The notes below the pieces were generated by a model. That model did not search any database. It worked only from the letters and a program-made list of their open reading frames with translations, and was not told the origin of the DNA. Below, piece after piece: positions 46,270 through 53,728 of a stretch of DNA of 64,000 nucleotides. Origin of the DNA: an uncultured Candidatus Saccharibacteria bacterium (GTDB lineage: Bacteria > Patescibacteriota > Minisyncoccia > Phycocordibacterales > UBA2100); contig CAYIDD010000001.1 of NCBI GenBank assembly GCA_964362175.1, forward strand, positions 569 through 64,568, written 5' to 3'. The position numbers were made by a program, and so were the translations under genes. Positions within the stretch are counted from its first letter, which is position 1, and each line of letters opens with the position of its first letter.

Positions 46270-46938
46270 CTATCGCGCCTTAGGCCAGCGCTTCGCGGCT
46301 TCGGGCCAGAGTCTCGTAAGCGGGTGGTCGAGGCACTCGTGCGGGCGCGCGGGGCAGATATAACGGCCATAGAGGATGAGGCCGTTGTTCACGTATTTCC
46401 AGTCTTTTTTCGGAATGAGTCGCTCAAGATCTTTTGAGATCTTCGTCAACTCGGTATTGTCGGTAAGATCAAAGCGTTTTGCAAATCGCTTCACATGCGT
46501 ATCAGTGGCTATCCCCTCCCACGTGTCATACAGCTCGCCCAAGATTACATGCGCCGTTTTATATCCTACGCCCGGGAGTGTTTGGAGTTCTTTTGCCGTG
46601 TGCGGCACGCGTCCCCTGAAATCACGAGACACAATCTCTGCGGCGGCCATGATGTGCCTCGCTTTGTTCCTGAAGAACGGAACTGACGATATTTCGCGTT
46701 CAAATACCCACGACTTTGCGTCCGCAAAACAGGAAGGCTTCTTGTATGTCTTAAAAAGTTTCGCCGTCACGCGATTCACCACTCTATCGGTGCATTGTGC
46801 TGACAACACCACCGCGACCAGAAATTGGAACGGTGTTTTGTATTGCAACTCGCTTTTGGGCTTTGGGTATGCTTTTTTGAGGTAGGCGACGATTTTCCGG
46901 GCTCGTTCCTTGCGCTTTTTGTGCTTTCCCGCATCCAT
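46270..46938 (-). CDS. nth: endonuclease III
   Basis: HhH-GPD (LPGVGYKTAHVIL), catalytic Lys/Asp context, C-terminal Cys-containing segment. Confidence 0.8.
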   Translation of the reverse strand: MDAGKHKKRKERARKIVAYLKKAYPKPKSELQYKTPFQFLVAVVLSAQCTDRVVNRVTAKLFKTYKKPSCFADAKSWVFEREISSVPFFRNKARHIMAAAEIVSRDFRGRVPHTAKELQTLPGVGYKTAHVILGELYDTWEGIATDTHVKRFAKRFDLTDNTELTKISKDLERLIPKKDWKYVNNGLILYGRYICPARPHECLDHPLTRLWPEAAKRWPKAR

Positions 46939-47027
46939 GGCGGTATCCTAGCATCGGCCCTTGCCTCGTGCGAGGTAGCCGATATACTGAAAGTCGAGAT
47001 ACGTGCGAGAAAACATGGAGATCCGTT

Positions 47028-47198
47028 ATGGTCAAGAAGACCAGAAGAATCGGCAAGCGGAGCTCCAAGAAAGAGCGCCACTTCCGTGTCATTGTTCCCG
47101 GAATGAAGAGCTCGGTGCTCGTTCAGCCGGTTTTCGATCCCGATAATCCTCCTCCTGATCGATCAGGGCTGCCTTGGCGCGACGCCAAGGCGAAGTAA
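47028..47198 (+). CDS. small basic protein (56 aa)
   Basis: GGAG 7 nt upstream of ATG; stop followed directly by a hairpin plus T-tract. Confidence 0.3.
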   Translation: MVKKTRRIGKRSSKKERHFRVIVPGMKSSVLVQPVFDPDNPPPDRSGLPWRDAKAK

Positions 47199-47199
47199 G

Positions 47200-47245
47200 A
47201 TCGCGATTTGCCCCGCTTGGGCGAATCGCGATTGTCTTTTATTTA
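47200..47245 (+). terminator. intrinsic terminator
   Basis: atcgcgatt N15 aatcgcgat stem followed by TGTCTTTTATTTA. Confidence 0.5.
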
Positions 47246-47767
47246 CCGAATCACGATGGACACCTCAAGCGCATCATCATTTTCCGGAAGTCCGGACGGA
47301 TTGTCGCGTAGCAACACGAGTGTCGCAGGACCGGAATAATTGCTCACCGTGATGTTCGTGGTGAACGTGACGAGGTCGGTCGTCATCCAATCACCCTGTG
47401 CCTGCGCTATGCCCTGCCCGATCTTACTATTTTCAGCATCGCGTACCTGGACGGGAAACGATCCTTCGAAAAACCAATTGCCCGGTGCGCTCCCCGCAAC
47501 GACGAACGTTTTTCCAACAGACGCACCTGATTTCGGGAACGTCACCGTGACGCGCGTGTGGAGGGGTTGGTCGGCAGCCGGTTTCGGAGATGTTGGCGCT
47601 GCCTTACCGGTTTCCGAAGACGATGTCGTCGGGGCCTCAACGGGCGCAGGAGTGGCAAAAAGGACCCACGTAAGCACGAAAATGAGCAGCGTTGCGCCCG
47701 CCAAAACGCTCCATCCTGCACGTGTGTTCATGCGACCAGTATAAGACCGTTCTTTTCTCTCCGCCAC
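47243..47767 (-). CDS. membrane-anchored Gmad2/GerMN-like Ig-fold domain protein
   Basis: N-terminal TM, Pro/Ser/Thr linker, C-terminal ~100-aa beta-rich domain (FVVAGSAPGNWFFEGSFPV). Confidence 0.5.
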   Translation of the reverse strand: MAERKERSYTGRMNTRAGWSVLAGATLLIFVLTWVLFATPAPVEAPTTSSSETGKAAPTSPKPAADQPLHTRVTVTFPKSGASVGKTFVVAGSAPGNWFFEGSFPVQVRDAENSKIGQGIAQAQGDWMTTDLVTFTTNITVSNYSGPATLVLLRDNPSGLPENDDALEVSIVIR

Positions 47768-47770
47768 CCC

Positions 47771-48727
47771 TCAAAGTTCCGAAATAATGCGGGCGATCTT
47801 TTCCGAATCGTGGCGCGCAATATCAGCCTCCGAGAAAAAGTCTCCGGTGATTATCTTCTCCGTGTACTGCGAGAGAGCCTCGTCGCATTCCATGGGATAC
47901 TTCTTCTCTTTCTCGTATGCGGCCGCGAGTTGCGGGTTCATCTTTTGCGTGTTGCATATCACGTAATCAAATTTTTTGAGGCCGCTGTATCGCAAAAGCT
48001 CTTGTACCATATCGGAGGCCTTAAACCCGTGCGTCTCCCCCCACTTGGTCATCAAATTGCATATCACGATCTTCTTTGCAGTGCTCGCGGCAAGCGCCTC
48101 TTTCATACCAGTCGTCGCAAGTGTCGGCACAAGAGATGAATAGAGGTCGCCGGGGCCGATAACAATGAGGTCGGCCTCGCGGATCGCTGTATCGGTCTCT
48201 TCGTAGATATGCGCAGGCGGATCGAGGAATATCTTTTTGATCCGCAGGTTGCCATCGTGTTTTGGGATGTCGATGTTAGTCTCCCCCACGATCTCAGAAC
48301 CATCCTCAAGAGTGGCGTGCACATGCGATCTATCGAGTGAGACCGGAAGAACTTTGCCCTTTATATTAAGAAGTTCGGAGGCTTTGCGGATGCCCTCTAT
48401 CTCGCCGCCATAAATGGCGGAAAGCGCCGCGAGAAAAAGGTTGCCGAAACTGTGTCCGCTGAGCGAACTATTCCCGTTCTGAAAACGATAGTTGAGAAGT
48501 TCGCGAAGAATTTCCGCTTGCCCCTCATCTGCGAGAGCCAAAAGCCCGCGCCGCACATCACCCGGAGGCAGAATGCCGAATTCGTCGCGCAGCACTCCAG
48601 CCGACCCGCCCGAATCGAACGAGGTGAATACTGCGGTGATATCGAGTGGAAATTCTTTTAGGCCGCGCAGTAAGGTATAGCCACCGCTGCCTCCCCCGAT
48701 CCTAACGACCTTCTTCCCTTTGGTCAT
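47771..48727 (-). CDS. YvcK/CofD-like (UPF0052, gluconeogenesis factor family)
   Basis: VVRIGGGSGGYTLLRGL N-terminal Gly-rich motif and family-typical length. Confidence 0.8.
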   Translation of the reverse strand: MTKGKKVVRIGGGSGGYTLLRGLKEFPLDITAVFTSFDSGGSAGVLRDEFGILPPGDVRRGLLALADEGQAEILRELLNYRFQNGNSSLSGHSFGNLFLAALSAIYGGEIEGIRKASELLNIKGKVLPVSLDRSHVHATLEDGSEIVGETNIDIPKHDGNLRIKKIFLDPPAHIYEETDTAIREADLIVIGPGDLYSSLVPTLATTGMKEALAASTAKKIVICNLMTKWGETHGFKASDMVQELLRYSGLKKFDYVICNTQKMNPQLAAAYEKEKKYPMECDEALSQYTEKIITGDFFSEADIARHDSEKIARIISEL

Positions 48728-48770
48728 GATTGGGAAACTCTATACCCTAGCCGCGACCTTGGCAACGACT

Positions 48771-49364
48771 TTATCGAGCGGATACGCCAAATTTCTTAAG
48801 CTCGGCGACGACATCCAAAAGCGGCAGACCGGCAATATTATTGATATCTCCGTCCGTCTTTTGTATCAATTTCGCTCCGCCTCCCTGAACGACATACGCC
48901 CCCGCCGCATTGAGCGGCTCACCCGTAGCCACGTAATCCAGAATCTCTTGTTCAGGCAATTTCCGCATCGTCACGCGGGTCGCAACGACTTTTGCAACCG
49001 ATTTCCCCGTCTTTGAATCCGCGATGGCAAATCCGGTCAGGAGTGTATGTGTTTTTCCGCTCAACATTTTCAACATCTGAACAGCTCGCTTCGGAGTAAG
49101 TGGTTTGCCCAAAAGTTCCCCGCGAAATACGGCAAACGTATCCGCCGCGAGCACGACCGCATCCTTATGCCGTGTGGCTGCCTTTTTCACTTTACCGAGT
49201 GCGAGCGTCCGCGCGAGCACGCGCGGCGAGAGCTTGAGCCCCATGTTTTCTTTGTAGCCACTTTCCTCAACCGTAAATCGGAAACCCGCCTTGGTGAGTA
49301 TGTTTTTGCGCCACGGAGAAGCAGAGGCGAGGATCAATTTTTTCATTTGATTTTGCGAAATCAT
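48771..49364 (-). CDS. maf: Maf-like nucleoside triphosphate pyrophosphatase
   Basis: ILASASPWRKNIL ... conserved Maf motifs. Confidence 0.8.
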   Translation of the reverse strand: MISQNQMKKLILASASPWRKNILTKAGFRFTVEESGYKENMGLKLSPRVLARTLALGKVKKAATRHKDAVVLAADTFAVFRGELLGKPLTPKRAVQMLKMLSGKTHTLLTGFAIADSKTGKSVAKVVATRVTMRKLPEQEILDYVATGEPLNAAGAYVVQGGGAKLIQKTDGDINNIAGLPLLDVVAELKKFGVSAR

Positions 49365-49400
49365 ATCGCGTACCGTCCATTAAAACGCGACCCCCCACTA

Positions 49401-49429
49401 TTGCACACCCGAAGCATTGCTGCTACCAT
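49401..49429 (+). promoter_or_regulatory. sigma70-like promoter (TTGCAC-17-TACCAT) driving the metK leader
   Basis: hexamer spacing only; no experimental support. Confidence 0.3.
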
Positions 49430-49441
49430 TGGCTGACTCCC

Positions 49442-49580
49442 CCCATACGTATCAAGCGTGCGGCGAAGGAACTGACCTTACGCCCCGCCGGCAACCTACT
49501 CGAAGAGCAAGGTGCCCTCAGACCCTAAAAGGGACGATACTTCTCACGAATATCTCCCCTACAGGGGAGATTAATCGTTT
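49442..49580 (+). promoter_or_regulatory. SAM-I riboswitch (aptamer ~49446-49542) plus terminator-like expression platform
   Basis: GUAUCAAG..GGCGAAGGAACUGACC..CGCCGGCAACC..GGUGCC..GAUAC matches the SAM-I consensus (P1 GUAUC/GAUAC). Followed by atctcccct-aca-aggggagat hairpin and TAATCGTTT, 20 nt before the metK ATG. Confidence 0.7.
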
Positions 49581-49592
49581 ACATAATCAGCC

Positions 49593-50645
49593 ATGTTCCA
49601 CTCATTAGAGCGATACACGACAGAGTCCGTAACCTCCGGTCATCCGGATAAAGTGTGCGATCAAATATCAGACGCGATCTTGGATGCCTGCCTCGCACAA
49701 GACCCGAATAGTCGCGTCGCGGTCGAATCATTCGGCAGCCACGGCACACTCATGCTCGGTGGCGAGGTGAAAACGAGCGCGAAAGTAAATTTCGAAAAGA
49801 TCGCACGCAGCGTGTATCGCGATATCGGGTACACTGACACGCTCAAGGTGCTCAATACTATCGCTAGGCAATCCCCCGACATCGCAATGGGCGTCGATAC
49901 CGGCGGCGCGGGAGATCAGGGCATCATGTACGGCTATGCAACGAATGAGACGAAAGAGATGCTCCCGCTCGGAGTCGTCCTCTCACATGCGCTCGCGCGC
50001 CGTCTTGAGAAATTGCGGCGCGACAAAACGCTGAAGTGGCTCAAGCCGGACGGCAAGACGCAGGTCACCATCGCGAATGGAAAAGTTATCACCGCGCTGT
50101 GCTCCACGCAACATGATAAGAAAGTCTCTCAGGAGGAGATCCGCAGGGGGCTCATCAAACATCTCTTCAGGCCGGTCTTGGGCAATTTGAAGGACATCGA
50201 GATCCTCGTAAACCCGACGGGACAATTTATCATCGGCGGCTTCACCGCAGACGCAGGTCTTACGGGCCGCAAGATCATGGTGGATACGTATGGCGGTGTC
50301 ATGCCTCACGGCGGTGGTGCGTTCTCCGGCAAAGACTCGACCAAGGTAGATCGCTCTGCGGCCTACATGTGCCGCTTCGTCGCCAAGAATTTGGTGGCGA
50401 ATGGTTACGCCAAGAAAGCGCTCGTCTCCGTGGCTTATGCCATCGGTCGCATTGAGCCTGTCATGATCGAAGCGTTCGACGAACACGGCAAGAATCTCAC
50501 AAAAATAGTCAGGGAGAACTTCGACTTCCGTCCCCGCGCGATCATCGATCGACTCAATCTCCGCAAACCAATCTTCCGCGAAACAGCCGCCTACGGCCAC
50601 TTCGGTGTGAGTGGTAGACCTTGGGAGAAAATCGTGAAGATTTGA
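49593..50645 (+). CDS. metK: S-adenosylmethionine synthetase
   Basis: GHPDK, GGGAFSGKD and other MetK signatures, full length. Confidence 0.95.
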   Translation: MFHSLERYTTESVTSGHPDKVCDQISDAILDACLAQDPNSRVAVESFGSHGTLMLGGEVKTSAKVNFEKIARSVYRDIGYTDTLKVLNTIARQSPDIAMGVDTGGAGDQGIMYGYATNETKEMLPLGVVLSHALARRLEKLRRDKTLKWLKPDGKTQVTIANGKVITALCSTQHDKKVSQEEIRRGLIKHLFRPVLGNLKDIEILVNPTGQFIIGGFTADAGLTGRKIMVDTYGGVMPHGGGAFSGKDSTKVDRSAAYMCRFVAKNLVANGYAKKALVSVAYAIGRIEPVMIEAFDEHGKNLTKIVRENFDFRPRAIIDRLNLRKPIFRETAAYGHFGVSGRPWEKIVKI

Positions 50646-50722
50646 TCTTCTTGAGCATTGACATCTCTTATTTTTGAGGTACTATTTCCCGAGTTGAAAC
50701 GCTTTAACCGAGAGGTGCTCAC

Positions 50723-51262
50723 GTGAATAGGAAGTTTCCAGCGAAAATCTATCGCGAGGATCCACATCACCGCATTCCGACGGGCTGGCTCGACGATCCG
50801 ACGTATGCCGCCGCGATGACGGGTTTCGTCATCGTCTGCACTGATGCCATGGTCATAGACCGTGTGCGGCGGACGGTGTGGCTCGCAGACAGGACGATCC
50901 TTCCAATGAAAGGGCTCTGGATACTGGGAGGCCGCCGCCTCCCGGGAGAGGCCATAGAGGCGTCGATCCAGCGATGCCTGGAGCGCGAGGCAAGGCTCAC
51001 GTTCGCGCGCGAACGATTCGAGTACCTCACACAGAACGAATACGTGTGGAGCACTCGGCAACAAGAGCCGCGGAACGTCGGCTCGCACAATCTGGCCGAC
51101 ACGTTCGCTATCGAGCTCACGAAAGATGAGCGCGATACCGTATCTCGCTCGCTTACGCCGAAGGAATACAAGCCCGGAGGCCTCCGGGAATTCGATCGGC
51201 AAGGTCTTCGCGATGCCAAGGTGCACCCTGCCCTGCTCGATCTTTACGACTTGGTTTTCTGA
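50723..51262 (+). CDS. NUDIX-like hydrolase with degenerate Nudix box
   Basis: GRRLPGEAIEASIQRCLEREARL partially matches Gx5Ex7REUxEExGU. Sits in the metK-glmS variable spacer. Confidence 0.4.
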   Translation: MNRKFPAKIYREDPHHRIPTGWLDDPTYAAAMTGFVIVCTDAMVIDRVRRTVWLADRTILPMKGLWILGGRRLPGEAIEASIQRCLEREARLTFARERFEYLTQNEYVWSTRQQEPRNVGSHNLADTFAIELTKDERDTVSRSLTPKEYKPGGLREFDRQGLRDAKVHPALLDLYDLVF

Positions 51263-51318
51263 CCCGAACAGGGTTGTAAGAGCCATCCGCCGCGCCCGAA
51301 AGGATGCGGCGGCTTTGT

Positions 51319-51593
51319 TTACTCAACAGTGACCGACTTCGCGAGGTTGCGGGGGCGGTCGGGGTTGTAGCCTTTTTCGCGCGAGAAGTAGTAGGAGAAG
51401 AGATGCAGCGGGACGATATTCACTATCGGAGAAAGCATCTCCGTTGTCTTTGGCACATAGATAACGTCGTCGGCAAGCTTTGCGATCTCCGTGTCACCTT
51501 CTGTCGCGACAGCAATGACGTGGCCTTTGCGCGCTTTTATCTGCTGAATGTTGGAGAGCATCTTTTCGTATACGCTGTCATCCGTAGCGATCG
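51319..51593 (-). pseudogene. glmS 3'-terminal fragment (last ~91 codons, no 5' part)
   Basis: 51332-51593 is nucleotide-identical to 53728-53989 of the intact glmS. The last 4 codons and the stop differ synonymously (TAA vs TAG). Confidence 0.85.
51332..51593. repeat. 262-bp perfect direct repeat, copy A
   Basis: identical to 53728-53989. Confidence 0.9.
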
Positions 51594-51760
51594 ACGAACA
51601 CGGCAAGAATCTGACAAAAGTTGTCCGGGAGAACTTCGACTTCCGTCCGCGCGCCATTCAAGACCGCCTCGGCCTCCGCAAACCCATCTTCCGCGAAACC
51701 GCCGCCTACGGTCACTTCGGTGTGAGCGGTAGACCTTGGGAAAAAATAATCAAGATCTAA
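51594..51760 (+). pseudogene. metK 3'-terminal fragment (last 55 codons), diverged copy (~87% nt identity to resident metK 50479-50645)
   Basis: encodes DEHGKNLTKVVRENFDFRPRAIQDRLGLRKPIFRETAAYGHFGVSGRPWEKIIKI. Joined to the glmS fragment at a tcgNcgaac microhomology. Confidence 0.85.
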
Positions 51761-53439
51761 GATTCGCTATTTCCCTCACGGTGGGACCCGACCACTAACG
51801 CAAATACGTTGCCATCCCCTTGAAACTCGGAGTACTTCTCGTCATCAATATTAGGTATATCAATCTCCGTCTGTACAACAGAGTAATCAGCCCCATCCAA
51901 AAATTTATCCGTTGCTTCCCCTATGTAATCGTAATTTGATATCAAAGCCTGTTCAGCATTCACCGAAATCAACGATATCCCCTTTTCTCTCGCCTCAGTT
52001 TCTAACTTAGAAAAGATATTTCGTATCGCGACATCCCAATCAAGCGCGACGGGAATTTGTATGGCATCTAAATGCCAGACTTTCTGTGTCTTGTCATCTT
52101 TTGTTGTTGTCGACAACAGATAGATATTCCCGACATGTTTATTATCAGGATCATATACTTTCACGTTGTAGAGCGGGAGGACAAGGTCGTCAAACGGAAG
52201 AGGGCGCCCGTCCGTGCAGTCACCACTTACGGCCCCAGGATTCCGATCGAGCGTCTCGTCTGGCCTTGCGTCAAGAGTAAATATAGATTTTTTGCCTTCC
52301 ATTCCTCCGTGAACAAGCTGTCGTTGCAGAGATTTGATTTTTCTGTTCAGATACTGCGCAACAGCTTCTGGCCCTAGGAAGAAGGTTGCAACGCCCGCGA
52401 GCAGGCGTTGGTTGAATTCTCGTTTACTCTTGAGTGTTTTGAGTTCGCCGCTCAAAGCTCGTTTTTCTTCGTTCGTGGCGGTCTTCATTCTTTCTCGCAA
52501 TTCGCGCTCCGTGTCCGACGCCAAGGTATGCTCACGAGTCGCATTAAGTGCTTGCGAGATCTGATTGGCATTCAAGAGCTTGTCTGCTGCGCCATGTAAA
52601 TCGTGACGCTCCAGGATCCTTGCGAATAAGCGCTTGCTGATGTCGAAGATATTATTTCCAAACTTTGCCTGTGTCTCATCAGACATTTCGACCGGATAAA
52701 ATAAATCGCCTCCCTGCGGCTGGTTTTCCGTTAGTTTTTGCCAAGACTCTTCTCGATAGAAATCTGGATCCGCCAACTTACCTCGCAGTCGCTCGAGCGA
52801 TTCGTATAGCTCTATTGATGCCTCTCCTGGCCATTTCTCAAAATCATCATCTTCGAAATTGTGCGTGTGCTTTTCTTGGATATCGTGAGGTTTGACCTTT
52901 TCAAACTCTGCGCAACCCTTTCTCACCAAACTCTTCACGCGATCGTAGAATATATCGCCGAGAAATTCATCCAGTTCCTTTGGAGTTACTTGCCCAAGAT
53001 GTTCGAGCATTGCTGGATCTTTGAGCTCTTGCAGGAGAGTGGATAGAGGGCTTCCATCGCCATCTATTTCCTTGATACAAGTTTCAGCTTCAGGGGAGAC
53101 TGCATTTTCCAGTGCTTCTAAGTTACCGAAAAGCAAGTCAACTTCCGAAAAGTCGATACGTCTTCCCATCTTGTTCCCTGATACCTCAAACGAGAGTGTC
53201 TCGAACGGGACATTTTCTTTCTTACGTTCGATTGCTTCCTGTTTTTGTTGTTTTTCTCTTTCGATCTCTCCTATTCTAGATTTTGGAATGATGCGATCGC
53301 CATCTTCGATTCGAGTGTATCCAATTGCCTCCAGGGCTTCGTCGGGGATGTCTCGAATATTCTTGTGTTGGCCCAATAAGTCCTGGATCGTTGGTTGCTT
53401 TTGTCCAGGCGGTCGTACCCTCTCCGGCATGATTTGCAT
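51757..53439 (-). CDS. orphan acidic protein (~560 aa from MQIMPERV; ORF-track frame is 606 aa)
   Basis: long uninterrupted ORF. Its stop overlaps the stop of the metK fragment. TATAAT immediately upstream of the ATG. No recognisable domain. Confidence 0.6.
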   Translation of the reverse strand: MQIMPERVRPPGQKQPTIQDLLGQHKNIRDIPDEALEAIGYTRIEDGDRIIPKSRIGEIEREKQQKQEAIERKKENVPFETLSFEVSGNKMGRRIDFSEVDLLFGNLEALENAVSPEAETCIKEIDGDGSPLSTLLQELKDPAMLEHLGQVTPKELDEFLGDIFYDRVKSLVRKGCAEFEKVKPHDIQEKHTHNFEDDDFEKWPGEASIELYESLERLRGKLADPDFYREESWQKLTENQPQGGDLFYPVEMSDETQAKFGNNIFDISKRLFARILERHDLHGAADKLLNANQISQALNATREHTLASDTERELRERMKTATNEEKRALSGELKTLKSKREFNQRLLAGVATFFLGPEAVAQYLNRKIKSLQRQLVHGGMEGKKSIFTLDARPDETLDRNPGAVSGDCTDGRPLPFDDLVLPLYNVKVYDPDNKHVGNIYLLSTTTKDDKTQKVWHLDAIQIPVALDWDVAIRNIFSKLETEAREKGISLISVNAEQALISNYDYIGEATDKFLDGADYSVVQTEIDIPNIDDEKYSEFQGDGNVFALVVGSHREGNSES

Positions 53440-53465
53440 TATACTCCGGGCTATACTGGAGCACA

Positions 53466-53728
53466 TGGACCTCCTTGAACAACGTGTGCAGAAAATCGAG
53501 CAACGGAACAACTCCGTGGAGATGGATAAGGCTTGGGAAACAAGCTGGACGAGGACAGGGCTCGTCGCCGCATTCACCTACATAACGATGGGTGTTTTTC
53601 TATCATTCATCGACGTCACACGACCGTGGCTCTCGGCGACTGTGCCAACGTTGGGCTTTGTTCTCTCAACGCTCTCGATGCCGTATTTCAAGCGCGCGTG
53701 GGGCCGGAAACGAACTATTCTACGGTAA
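53466..53728 (+). CDS. possible small two-TM membrane protein (87 aa)
   Basis: MDLLEQRVQKIEQRNNSVEMDKAWETSWTRTGLVAAFTYITMGVFLSFIDVTRPWLSATVPTLGFVLSTLSMPYFKRAWGRKRTILR. Overlaps the glmS stop. Confidence 0.25.
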
